Source: an uncultured Clostridia bacterium
GTDB lineage: Bacteria > Bacillota > Clostridia > TANB77 > CAG-508
Assembly: GCA_944386365.1 (NCBI GenBank)
Contig: CALXAT010000009.1
Coordinates: 1,927 to 65,926, forward strand
Direction of reading: 5' to 3'
DNA: 64,000 nucleotides
This document shows positions 29,113-38,176 of the stretch, piece by piece (within the stretch, counting starts at the first letter, position 1; the number at the start of each line of letters is the position of its first letter). The notes beneath the pieces were generated by a model that did not search any database, was not told the origin of the DNA, and saw nothing but the letters and a program-made list of their open reading frames with translations. The position numbers and the translations under genes are program-made.

Positions 29113-30230
29113 TATCTGTACTCCCTTCTAATACTAGAATCTACATACTTAGGATTTATATGAAATATTGCTTTATCTCCTACTTTTATATCTTTTCCAG
29201 TTATATCACAAACTACATGATATGTTCCTATTCTTCCTAATATTCTACAATTATTATCACCAATTTTTACATACATATTTTGATTTTTAAAGAAATCTTT
29301 TATATCTCTTACGATATATCTTAGCTTGTCCACCCATCTAAACATATCTCTTCCTGTTTCCAGGTTAATACCATCCATATATCCAACGGGTATTAGTGCT
29401 ATTTTAGTATCTTTTTTGGTTATATATGTATTAGAATACCCAATATTAAATCCTTTTGGTAACTCTTTTACCTCTGAAACTTCTGCTTCTAAATGTGCAA
29501 TACTTTTTAGTCCTAGCGTATTCTTAAAGGCAATTCTTCCCAAGAAGGCCGATCCAACTCTTACTGCATTTAAATGCATATTTGGAAATTTGATAAATGC
29601 TGATGAATTACATATATGTAACATTCCTGTTTTTATATCATTCATTTTTAATACTTCAATTACATTCATAAATCTATCAAATTGCAATTTTGTATATTTA
29701 TCATCAAAAAAGCTAACAGAAAAATGTGAAAAAGTACCTTCTATATCTATATTCTTTATTTCTTTTAATGCTTCTACCATAGAATCTCTATCTGAATAAA
29801 TAAATCCATATCTTCCAAAACCTGTATCAATTTTTAAATGTGCTCTTATTGTTTTATTCTCTTCTTTAGCAATTTCTTCCGCTACCTTTATATCTTCTTT
29901 TGAGCCAATGGTGATAATGATATGATTATCTACTAATTTTTTTACATCTTCTTTTATGGCTGTTGTAGATAACATTAAAATGTCTTGCTTTATACCTGCT
30001 TCTCTCAATTTCATGGCTTCTTCCATTGTTGACACTGCAAAAAATGAAATACCATTATCTATTAATAATTTCGTAAATTCTACAATTCCTAATCCATAGG
30101 CATTTCCTTTTACAACTGCAATTATCTTTACTTTTTTTCCATTATCATCTGGTCCATTTGTTTCAGCATATTTTTTTATTTGTTCTATATTATGTACTAA
30201 ATCCTTTTTTTCTATAACTAAAGCTTTCAT
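29112..30230 (-). CDS. alr: alanine racemase
   Basis: PLP motif [11 protein letters not shown]; start MKALVIEK with RBS AAAGGA. The ORF-track TTG extension is unlikely. Confidence 0.85.
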   Translation of the reverse strand: MKALVIEKKDLVHNIEQIKKYAETNGPDDNGKKVKIIAVVKGNAYGLGIVEFTKLLIDNGISFFAVSTMEEAMKLREAGIKQDILMLSTTAIKEDVKKLVDNHIIITIGSKEDIKVAEEIAKEENKTIRAHLKIDTGFGRYGFIYSDRDSMVEALKEIKNIDIEGTFSHFSVSFFDDKYTKLQFDRFMNVIEVLKMNDIKTGMLHICNSSAFIKFPNMHLNAVRVGSAFLGRIAFKNTLGLKSIAHLEAEVSEVKELPKGFNIGYSNTYITKKDTKIALIPVGYMDGINLETGRDMFRWVDKLRYIVRDIKDFFKNQNMYVKIGDNNCRILGRIGTYHVVCDITGKDIKVGDKAIFHINPKYVDSSIRREYR

Positions 30231-30251
30231 TTTTATCCTTTCATCGAACAA

Positions 30252-30302
30252 TTAGGGACTTGTCAAATTGTTTCATTTTGGAACGATTTGACCTGTCCCT
30301 AA
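30252..30302. repeat. GGGAC dispersed repeat, copy A (two half-elements inverted: TTAGGGAC...GTCCCTAA)
   Basis: TTAGGGACTTGTCAAATTGTTTCATTTTGGAACGATTTGACCTGTCCCTAA in the alr 5' region. Confidence 0.6.
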
Positions 30303-30310
30303 CGTTCCAA

Positions 30311-31375
30311 TTATTTTTTATTTAAGCTCTTTCTTTTTAATTGTCTTAATGTTCTAAATGTTTTTTCTGAAAATTTATACAATTTATATTTTAATGGTTT
30401 AAAAGGATAATATACTTCTCCTATAAATTCTGTAAATGTCGCACCAAATCCTTTTTTAAATCTATATAATCCATATTGAGGATGACTTTCATCTACAACA
30501 CCTGATACACCTCTAAAATCATAGATGTCATCATGTCTTGCAATGGCCATTTTTATCATTTCCCATTGTAGTAAATAGTTTGGCATTAAATTTCTATGTT
30601 TATTACTACTTGCGCCATATAAATACCATGTTTTATTTCCATAAAAGATTGGAATAACCCCTGCTATTGGTTCTCCATCATAATATGCCATTAACACTTT
30701 CATATGTTCTGGCGCTAAACAATCATACATTTTTTCAAAATAGGCTAATGGTCTAATAATAAAGCCGTCTCTTTCCCCAGTTTCCACCATAATTCTGTGG
30801 AAATCTTTTAAATCTTCTTTAGTTCCATCTTTTACTGTAACACCTTTTCTTCCTGCTAAACGAATATTATATCTCCATTTTTGATGAAATCCTGCCATAA
30901 TTTCTTCTTCTGTTTTATCTTTAATATCTAATCGAAATACATATCTTGGTTGTATTTCATCTTTAAAATCTTTAGCATCATCTTTTATTTTATATCCTAA
31001 ATTAGTAACCACTTTTCTAAACTCTTGGTCACTACTTAAAATATCTGGTTCTATTCTTAAAACAAATGCATTATATTTTTTAGCCAATTCTTTTGCTCCA
31101 TCTGTTAATTGTTTCATAACATTTTCATCATGTATATCACAAACTGGTCCTCTTGATGAATACATCATATTTCCAAATATAGGCATCTTTCTTACCCATA
31201 CACATAAAGAACCAATGATATTTCTATTTTCATCTTCAGCCAATATAACTTCTGGTTTCCAGTTTGGCTTTTTTACTTCTGCCCATTCTAATGATTGTTG
31301 AAAATTACATCTTTCATGTCTTTCTAAAAATTTTTTATATTCTTCTTTTGATTTTTCATCTGTTACGAATCTCAT
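30311..31375 (-). CDS. FemAB-family peptidoglycan cross-bridge aminoacyltransferase
   Basis: 354 aa with FemAB-like sequence throughout; start MRFVTDEK with RBS AGGAGG. Confidence 0.7.
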   Translation of the reverse strand: MRFVTDEKSKEEYKKFLERHERCNFQQSLEWAEVKKPNWKPEVILAEDENRNIIGSLCVWVRKMPIFGNMMYSSRGPVCDIHDENVMKQLTDGAKELAKKYNAFVLRIEPDILSSDQEFRKVVTNLGYKIKDDAKDFKDEIQPRYVFRLDIKDKTEEEIMAGFHQKWRYNIRLAGRKGVTVKDGTKEDLKDFHRIMVETGERDGFIIRPLAYFEKMYDCLAPEHMKVLMAYYDGEPIAGVIPIFYGNKTWYLYGASSNKHRNLMPNYLLQWEMIKMAIARHDDIYDFRGVSGVVDESHPQYGLYRFKKGFGATFTEFIGEVYYPFKPLKYKLYKFSEKTFRTLRQLKRKSLNKK

Positions 31376-31852
31376 GTTTTTCTTCCTCCTAGCTATTTTG
31401 CAATACATGAGTATTTTACACCAATATATGGTTTTTTACAAGTAATTTATGTTATTTTTTGGTGAATTCTTAACGAATATGATTATACACTTATTTTATT
31501 TAAGAAACAATTTTATTTATGATACTATAAATTCAGAAAGCAAAAGAAAAAAGTTGAAAACTTTATGAAAAAAATTAAATTTTAAGTCTAAAAATTATTA
31601 AAATGGTATTATGCTAATTACATTTGTTATCTTGATGTGTCTCTCTCACTATTTCAAGCAACTATATTTTCTTTATATAAATAATAATGCTAAACATAAA
31701 AATAAAGGCTTGAGAATGTAAATAGTTGAGTATATAGAATAAATTGTGTAAATTTTAAAAAATTGAAATATCCACAAACTTTCTTATATACTCAACTCTT
31801 CTTAAATCTCCTATATCTTACATATGTACAAAATAATCTGCTTTGTAATTTT

Positions 31853-32380
31853 TTATTTATTATCATGTATCAAGAAATTGTATTTACTTGCATGTCTTAA
31901 TTCATCTGTCATAATAGCCATCATTAATGTATAACTATTTCCACTTGGCATAGCACCTAAAATTTTTCTATATTTAACAACTGCTTGTAATTCGCCAAAT
32001 AATGCTTTTTCTAAATTTTCCTTATAATCAATATTAGTATCAATACTTGGTATCGATATATCTTTAGGTACTACTTGCCCTGTGAAATTATAGTATAATT
32101 CTCTTAAAATATTATTATGTTTCCTTTCATCATTTCTAATACTAGTTATAATTTCTTTTTGTTTTTCTGTTGGTGCTTGTTCTATTAACCTATCATAAAA
32201 TAACTCATCTTCTTTTTCATCTCCGATAGATTGTCTTATTAATTCTATTGCTTGATTTAGTGTGATAATTTCGTCATTTTGTATATTTAGTTGATTAACA
32301 TTTCGATAATTATATTCATTCATATAGCGATGATCATTAAATCCATAATATAAGTTGTTCATATTATAATCTGAATACAT
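31853..32380 (-). CDS. ferritin-like (diiron ExxH x2) domain protein
   Basis: DERKHNNILRELY and DELRHASKYNF motifs; N/Y-rich N-terminus. Confidence 0.4.
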   Translation of the reverse strand: MYSDYNMNNLYYGFNDHRYMNEYNYRNVNQLNIQNDEIITLNQAIELIRQSIGDEKEDELFYDRLIEQAPTEKQKEIITSIRNDERKHNNILRELYYNFTGQVVPKDISIPSIDTNIDYKENLEKALFGELQAVVKYRKILGAMPSGNSYTLMMAIMTDELRHASKYNFLIHDNK

Positions 32381-32429
32381 GTTTATCCCTCCTTACGATC
32401 ATATTATGAACTACTCTTATATTTTGACA

Positions 32430-33122
32430 CTATTTTGCTTTTGTATTGTTTGTTAAATATACAGATAAATCGCCATCAATGTTATATGTTGCTAAAAATA
32501 TATTATCCGTTTTTATAATCCCTTGTTTTTGCAACATTTTATTTAGCCATACATTATCAAATCCAAGTTCTTTTAAGTTTTCCTCCATTACTTTTCCATC
32601 TAATATGATATTAGTAGCAATTCCATCTTCTTTTGGTTTAATATTAAAATCACTAGGATTTGCTGGTCTTCTATCACTATATGGTAAAAAACTTATCTTT
32701 CCATTTTCTTCTAATAATGCTGTTTTTATATCGCTTAAATTAAAAAATCCATTTGTTCTACATTGTACTAAAAATTCATTTAAATCAATTTTTGCTTTTT
32801 TAAAATTTTCTTTAAATAGGGTTCCATTATCATATAAAATTAATGTTTTACCAGAAAGTATAGGTCTTAACTTTACAAATTTAGTATTTAAAATAGATAC
32901 TATAAAAGTTATCAGTGCATATACAATCATGGCAACTACTGGTTGCATAAAATTATTTTCTAATGAAGTCGACATTTCTGCTGCTATAGAACCAATCGTT
33001 ATTGTAATAAAATAGTCAAAAACACTAAGCTGTGACATTTCTCTTTGTCCCATTATTTTAGTTAAAATAAATAATATGAAAATTGAACCAATTGATAATC
33101 CTATAATTTTTATTATTTCCAT
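32430..33122 (-). CDS. DUF421 (YetF-like) membrane protein
   Basis: N-terminal transmembrane segments plus ...IMGQREMSQLSVFDYFITITIGS... typical of DUF421. Confidence 0.6.
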   Translation of the reverse strand: MEIIKIIGLSIGSIFILFILTKIMGQREMSQLSVFDYFITITIGSIAAEMSTSLENNFMQPVVAMIVYALITFIVSILNTKFVKLRPILSGKTLILYDNGTLFKENFKKAKIDLNEFLVQCRTNGFFNLSDIKTALLEENGKISFLPYSDRRPANPSDFNIKPKEDGIATNIILDGKVMEENLKELGFDNVWLNKMLQKQGIIKTDNIFLATYNIDGDLSVYLTNNTKAK

Positions 33123-33245
33123 ACATACCTCCTAAGTTATTCTTTTATTTATATTTTTAGCCTTTATATTTTTATTATTCAAATAATAAAAAGAAAACAT
33201 AGAATGTATTTAGATGGAAATGGCTATTCTCTATTCACTAATATA

Positions 33246-33280
33246 AAAAAGACACAAAACGGTTAATTTTGTGCCCTAAT
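33246..33280 (-). terminator. hairpin CACAAAA/UUUUGUG plus U-run 3' of tmRNA
   Basis: Immediately after the tmRNA CCA end. Confidence 0.45.
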
Positions 33281-33637
33281 TGGTGGAGATGAGGAGAGTC
33301 GAACTCCTGTCCATAATACCTTCCAAATAAATTTCTACAAGTTTAGTTTATTTTTTATATTCATCTAATTCACACCAATAAACAGGTTTAAATTAGATAT
33401 AGCTTTTGAAATACCCACTACTTCCAAAGCAAAAGTAGCTTTGTTTCCTACTAATATAACACTTTATCTAAATGCGTAGGAACATTTAGGAAAGCGTAGC
33501 TGCAATTAGGCAGCTAAAGCATACTCATTATTATTTTCTGCGTTTATATTTAGTTTCCCGTTTTTTTAAGTGGCCAACGAGAATCCACTACTTGCCATCT
33601 ATCCTTCTAGTATTATGTCGAAACCAAGTACATCCCC
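33281..33637 (-). ncRNA. ssrA: transfer-messenger RNA (tmRNA, ssrA), about 357 nt
   Basis: 5' GGGGAUGUACUUGGUUUCGACA...; 3' GGACAGGAGUUCGACUCUCCUCAUCUCCACCA (T-arm and acceptor CCA); internal tag ORF GCA GAA AAU AAU AAU GAG UAU GCU UUA GCU GCC UAA gives AENNNEYALAA. Confidence 0.9.
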
Positions 33638-33649
33638 ATGTACATATCT

Positions 33650-33678
33650 ATTATACAATATCTAGACTATTTTATCAA
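33650..33678 (-). promoter_or_regulatory. ssrA promoter TTGATA-17-TATAAT
   Basis: Plus 33673-33678 and 33650-33655 are the reverse complements of the hexamers; 12 nt to the GGGG 5' end. Confidence 0.6.
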
Positions 33679-33705
33679 TAAGCAATTTTTGTAACCCATT
33701 TACTT

Positions 33706-34380
33706 TCAAGTTTCTTTATTCCAAAGCTTAATGATATAGTGTTCATCATGATGGATAATTGGTTTACTTACAATCTCATATTCTATATTTGATTCTGTAA
33801 AATCTTCTATTGGTTGAAAATCCATCATAAATTTTGCATATGTCATTAAAATATATCCATTTTTATTTAACAATTTATTTGCATTTTTGAATAATGTTTT
33901 TTTCATTTCTCCATTTTTATCAAATAAAGCCATTTCAATATAATTATCAGGTATATCATTATCCCAAGGCATTCCTGCCAATATAATATCAAATTTTTCA
34001 TCATCAATAGCACTTAAACAATCACTTAATCTAAATTCTACCTTGACATGATTTCTTTCAGCATTCTTTCTAGCACATTCTATTGCATAAGGATTTTTAT
34101 CTAGTGCAATAACTTCTGCTCCTCTTTTAGCCGATTGAATTGCTAAGAATCCACACCCTGTACCATAATCTAATATTTTTTTATTTGTTATATTTTCTTT
34201 TTCTAATATATCCATTGATTTTATAACATATTCAGCAATTTCACTTGTTGGATAGACATTTTCCTCTATAACCAATTTTGTTCCCATTTGCTCTATCTCA
34301 TAAGGATATATTGCTTTTTTTAATTCTTCAGCTCTTTTTAGAGCATGCTTATTTTTCATATCTTCATTTTCCTCTTTCAA
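33706..34380 (-). CDS. class I SAM-dependent methyltransferase (small MTase domain; non-canonical GMPWD at the motif IV position)
   Basis: LDYGTGCGFLAIQSAKRGAEVIALDKNP SAM-binding motifs; start overlaps the parE-like stop by 4 nt. Confidence 0.65.
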   Translation of the reverse strand: MKEENEDMKNKHALKRAEELKKAIYPYEIEQMGTKLVIEENVYPTSEIAEYVIKSMDILEKENITNKKILDYGTGCGFLAIQSAKRGAEVIALDKNPYAIECARKNAERNHVKVEFRLSDCLSAIDDEKFDIILAGMPWDNDIPDNYIEMALFDKNGEMKKTLFKNANKLLNKNGYILMTYAKFMMDFQPIEDFTESNIEYEIVSKPIIHHDEHYIIKLWNKET

Positions 34381-34688
34381 ATAAAATTATCAAAATTTCT
34401 TCTTGAATATAAAATCCTTCTTACTTCCATAACGTCATCTTTTACTGTATAAAAAACTGTATAATTTTTTACATAAATTCTATACTAGATATCTTCTCTT
34501 TTTATAATTGATGTATATTTCCCATAAGACTTTGGATTATATGCTCTTTGCTTTATTTCGTTTTCTAGTTCATTAACAAAATTCTCAGCAGCTATGTCAT
34601 TTTCTAATTGATATTTGATATAATCCGTAATTTTATCTAAATCATTATAAAATAAAGGCAAATATGTTATTTTATATTTTTTCTCCAT
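34377..34688 (-). pseudogene. ParE/RelE-family toxin interrupted by an in-frame TAG at 34485-34487
   Basis: MEKKYKITYLPLFYNDL...KYTSIIKREDI, then TAG, then the same frame continues YRIYVKNYTVFYTVKDDVMEVRRILYSRRNFDNFI (conserved RelE/ParE C-terminus). Confidence 0.6.
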
Positions 34689-34962
34689 TAAATTTTCTCT
34701 TTATCTTTCCAAAAACTTCTTCATGACTAAGATATTTTGTATTTGGATCTTCAGCTTCTTTATCAGCTTCATTTAATGCATTTTCAATATAATCATCATA
34801 TTCTCTATCACCAATTAATTTAGAATATTTTTCTAAACTCATCACAACCATTGAGCCATATCCATTTTTTGTTAAATATACTGCTTCATCTTCTTTTAAA
34901 ACTAATTCCTCAATTTCAGGATATTTATTTCTTAAATCTGATACTGGTCTTATATTAATCAT
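34672..34962 (-). CDS. Phd/YefM-family antitoxin
   Basis: ...IRPVSDLRNKYPEIEELVLKEDEAVYLTKNGYGSMVVMSLEKYSKL...; overlaps the toxin start. Confidence 0.6.
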   Translation of the reverse strand: MINIRPVSDLRNKYPEIEELVLKEDEAVYLTKNGYGSMVVMSLEKYSKLIGDREYDDYIENALNEADKEAEDPNTKYLSHEEVFGKIKRKFNGEKI

Positions 34963-35143
34963 ATCAATTCACCTCTTCAAAAATATTATCATGATTTTAT
35001 TATTATTTTATCTTTCTTTCAATGCTTTATATAAATTTTTTATATATTCAATAAAAAAGTTATAGAATTTAATTGTTATATATCTATAACTTTTTTACTT
35101 TATTATTAATTATTGATTTTTATTACTCTCCTGATATGTAAAA

Positions 35144-35497
35144 TTAATCTAGTAATTGACATTGTTCTTTATACCAAGCCGGACTACAAACCATGATAAT
35201 TTGACAGTTTCCTTCCCAGAAATAGACTTCTTCCTTGTCAATTAAAATAACATCTCCTTGTTTAAAGTCTATTTGTTCATCTCTTTTATATATTGTTCCT
35301 TTTCCTTCTAGAATATAAGCCATTTCTTTACATTTTAAATTTGAACAATATCCTTTTTCAGGATATCTTCCTTGTATGGTATTAATACAAAAATCCATAT
35401 CCTTATCATTTAATTTTTTAGAATACTCTAGCAAATAGCTTGTGTCACTATTTATAACCTTTTGTGCTTCTTCCTTTTTTACAAATTTCATATTCAT
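35144..35497 (-). CDS. cupin-domain protein
   Basis: 117 aa with a small beta-barrel pattern; family-level only. Confidence 0.45.
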   Translation of the reverse strand: MNMKFVKKEEAQKVINSDTSYLLEYSKKLNDKDMDFCINTIQGRYPEKGYCSNLKCKEMAYILEGKGTIYKRDEQIDFKQGDVILIDKEEVYFWEGNCQIIMVCSPAWYKEQCQLLD

Positions 35498-35516
35498 TCT
35501 CCTTTTTGATATATAC

Positions 35517-36023
35517 TTATTTTAATTTTAACATGTATAACTTTCTTAAAAATCCATTAGATAATCTAGTTTCTTTTACAAACTTTAATCCGACTCTTTC
35601 TAATGTTTTGCAGCTTCCTATATTGTTTGGATGTGCCATTGAGATAATATAATCAAATCCTAATTCTTTTGCTAGATTTAATTCTAATGTTTGAAGTTTG
35701 GTCGTTATACCATTTCCTCTGTATTCTGGTAGAACCAAATTTCCTCCCAGCTCACAAACTGTATATTCTTCAAGTCCAAATTCCTTTTTAAAGTCTGCAA
35801 GCATCTCTTGTGAAACATATAATTGTGCCATTCCAGCAAGTTTATCTCCATCATAAGCTCCATATAATGGTGCATAATTTTTCTCATCAAACATACTATC
35901 ATATTCCCATTGTTCATAAGGAATAAAATATTCTTTATCTTCTAATCCTCCTAATACAGTTTCTATTAGCTTGAATAGTTGTTCCTTATCTTTATCTTCA
36001 ATTTTCTTATACACGAAATTCAT
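35517..36023 (-). CDS. GNAT-family N-acetyltransferase
   Basis: ...VLPEYRGNGITTKL... acetyl-CoA-binding motif; start overlaps the upstream gene stop (ATGA). Confidence 0.75.
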   Translation of the reverse strand: MNFVYKKIEDKDKEQLFKLIETVLGGLEDKEYFIPYEQWEYDSMFDEKNYAPLYGAYDGDKLAGMAQLYVSQEMLADFKKEFGLEEYTVCELGGNLVLPEYRGNGITTKLQTLELNLAKELGFDYIISMAHPNNIGSCKTLERVGLKFVKETRLSNGFLRKLYMLKLK

Positions 36024-37180
36024 CGCAAAACCTCCTTTAAATTTTTAGAATATGTTTTTAATTTTTGATAGCAATTATATGCTTCCATGACTTCTCTTGG
36101 ATTTTTAGAAATATACCCTCTTTCTTTCATTCCTTCTGGCAAATCTGCAATCAATATTTCTTTATCAATTCCATCCCAACCTGCACCAACTATTTCTAAT
36201 AGGTTTGGTTCTTTTTCTTTTATCTCATCATAATCTACAAATAATGTTTTGATATTACTTTGCATATAAATTTTTAATGTTTTGTTTTGTTTAAACTCTT
36301 TAATCTTATCTTTACTAAAAATAAAAATTCTTTCTACATCTACCCCTCTATTGGCTATTTCTAGGTTAATTTGTCTAAACTTCATTTCTTGTGGAGCTTC
36401 TGTCCATTCATCTTCTAGCATGGTTGATGCACACCATAAATAAGATTCTTTATTTAACCTTCTAAAACAATGATTTAATGCTCTATAAAATTTTCCGATT
36501 TCTAAATTTTTTGTTCTTCCATTCTCTTCAAATTCAATTTTTCCACCATCCGTTTGAATAACCATACCTGTTGTATTTTTTAGTCTAAGTAATAACTCAA
36601 CAATATCTTCTACAATTTCATACGCATTTACAATACATTGTTTATCTCTTGGTATGTCCAAAAGAAGTGTATTAATTCGTAATCCTATCTCATTTCTAAA
36701 GATTTTTGCTAATTTCTTTTCTATCGGATTTCTTTTTGAACAATTCTCATCAATAATCACAATACTTGACTCTGCATGTAATTTTTCTGCAAAATGTATA
36801 ATAAGATTTTCCTCTGATTTATCCATATGATTTTTTGCAAAATAGATAAGCCCTTCATAATATTTGGACAGACTTTCTAATTTATCTTGTATTTCCTCAA
36901 TTTCTCCATATTCTACAATATATCCCTCTTTTTCTATACATTCTTCTAAATATACATTCCAATCTTTATTGCTGTTTACTATCATAATTTTTTTAGGAAT
37001 GTGGATATATTTATAAATATTACTTCTTCTGTCTGAAGGTTTTAAAGTATCTTCTGGTATTTCCCAGACCATTCCATTCTTGATAGCTCCATGAATTCTA
37101 TTTTCCTTACATAACTTAATAATTCTTCTTTCTGTTATTCCCCATATTTCAGAAAATTGTTTTGCAGTTAAATATCCCAT
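36020..37180 (-). CDS. hypothetical protein with an N-terminal excisionase/MerR-like HTH fused to an unknown domain of about 300 aa
   Basis: LTAKQFSEIWGITERRIIKLCKENRIHGAIKNGMVWEIPEDTL; remainder unrecognised; translationally coupled to the GNAT gene. Confidence 0.45.
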   Translation of the reverse strand: MGYLTAKQFSEIWGITERRIIKLCKENRIHGAIKNGMVWEIPEDTLKPSDRRSNIYKYIHIPKKIMIVNSNKDWNVYLEECIEKEGYIVEYGEIEEIQDKLESLSKYYEGLIYFAKNHMDKSEENLIIHFAEKLHAESSIVIIDENCSKRNPIEKKLAKIFRNEIGLRINTLLLDIPRDKQCIVNAYEIVEDIVELLLRLKNTTGMVIQTDGGKIEFEENGRTKNLEIGKFYRALNHCFRRLNKESYLWCASTMLEDEWTEAPQEMKFRQINLEIANRGVDVERIFIFSKDKIKEFKQNKTLKIYMQSNIKTLFVDYDEIKEKEPNLLEIVGAGWDGIDKEILIADLPEGMKERGYISKNPREVMEAYNCYQKLKTYSKNLKEVLR

Positions 37181-37280
37181 TTTTCCTCCTTTTTATATTG
37201 TTCTGATTTAAGAATAATATAAATTGTATTTTTATATTATACTATTTTCAGAACAATGTCAATATTTTTTATATTTATTT

Positions 37281-37312
37281 AAAAAAATCTTGTAGCTCTA
37301 TCACTACAAGAC
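37281..37312 (-). terminator. hairpin TCTTGTAG/CTACAAGA plus U7 after the LysM gene
   Basis: 8-bp stem; A7 on plus corresponds to a U-run on minus. Confidence 0.55.
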
Positions 37313-37331
37313 TTTATCGTATATTCATATT

Positions 37332-38060
37332 TTAAAATAAATTTGGAAATTGTCTTACAATGCCATTAACAAAGAATTGCGACATTTTCAAAATTTCTTT
37401 TTGCACCATATCATAACTATTAATATCTTCTACATACTTTCTCTGTAATCTATTGTTTACTTGATTTGTTGTCAAACGTAAATGCTCATATAACATGTTT
37501 CGAATTTCTTCTCTTGGATAATAAAATGGATTTATACTACTAAATGCTTCCGCCATTTCATCTGCATTTTGATACCATTTTGTATTTAATTTTGTTGCTT
37601 CCTCTTGATTTTTATTTTTTAATGCAACAATCAAATCTTTACCAATTACTAAATGTTCTGTCAGTAATTGCTGAATTCTATTGGCTACAGCAATTCCATA
37701 AAATCTTCTAAAAACATCTGCTATATCTTTAGGATTTCGTAATAAACGTGCTTGTGTTGCTTCTAAATCTTTTAAATTTTCTGCAATACTGATTAAGAGC
37801 ATTCGTGTCCACATGATATGTTGTTCCCAAACTAAATTCATTTGTTTTAACAATTGAACTTGATTCATGCTCACCCAATAACTCGAATTTTGTGCATCAT
37901 TTGGATAAATATAAATTTGTTGACCAACTCTTAAATTATATGGATTTAATGCCACATTGGTATCGATTATGTTTTGTACTGTTGTTCCATATTGCATTGC
38001 TAAATTGTATAATGTATCTCCTGGTCGTATGGTATGCAAAATTGGATTCATTTCATTCAT
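37332..38060 (-). CDS. LysM-domain protein (N-terminal LysM plus an unknown C-terminal domain)
   Basis: IRPGDTLYNLAMQYGTTVQNIIDTNVALNPYNLRVGQQIYI is a LysM motif. Confidence 0.6.
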   Translation of the reverse strand: MNEMNPILHTIRPGDTLYNLAMQYGTTVQNIIDTNVALNPYNLRVGQQIYIYPNDAQNSSYWVSMNQVQLLKQMNLVWEQHIMWTRMLLISIAENLKDLEATQARLLRNPKDIADVFRRFYGIAVANRIQQLLTEHLVIGKDLIVALKNKNQEEATKLNTKWYQNADEMAEAFSSINPFYYPREEIRNMLYEHLRLTTNQVNNRLQRKYVEDINSYDMVQKEILKMSQFFVNGIVRQFPNLF

Positions 38061-38176
38061 AATTTACCTCCTCCTATATAAGATATTAGGAAGAACCTAC
38101 TTTGTTTACTATTCATACATTTTTATATGTTATGTTTTTTAACAAATTTTCAAGAAACTTCATATTATATTTCTAG

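Noticed and set aside
30241-30251. The TTG-initiated N-terminal extension of alr (MFDERIK...), and similar ORF-track extensions of rpsJ, rpsS, rplF, rplO, asp23 and the NUDIX gene
   Set aside because: Each has an internal Met preceded by a good RBS that matches the canonical protein N-terminus. The upstream extension lacks an RBS.
33123-33280. Genomic island integrated at the tmRNA 3' end
   Set aside because: Genes on the 3' side (DUF421, ferritin-like, FemAB, alr) look chromosomal. There is no integrase and no direct repeat of the tmRNA 3' end in the window. The accessory-looking genes lie on the 5' side instead.
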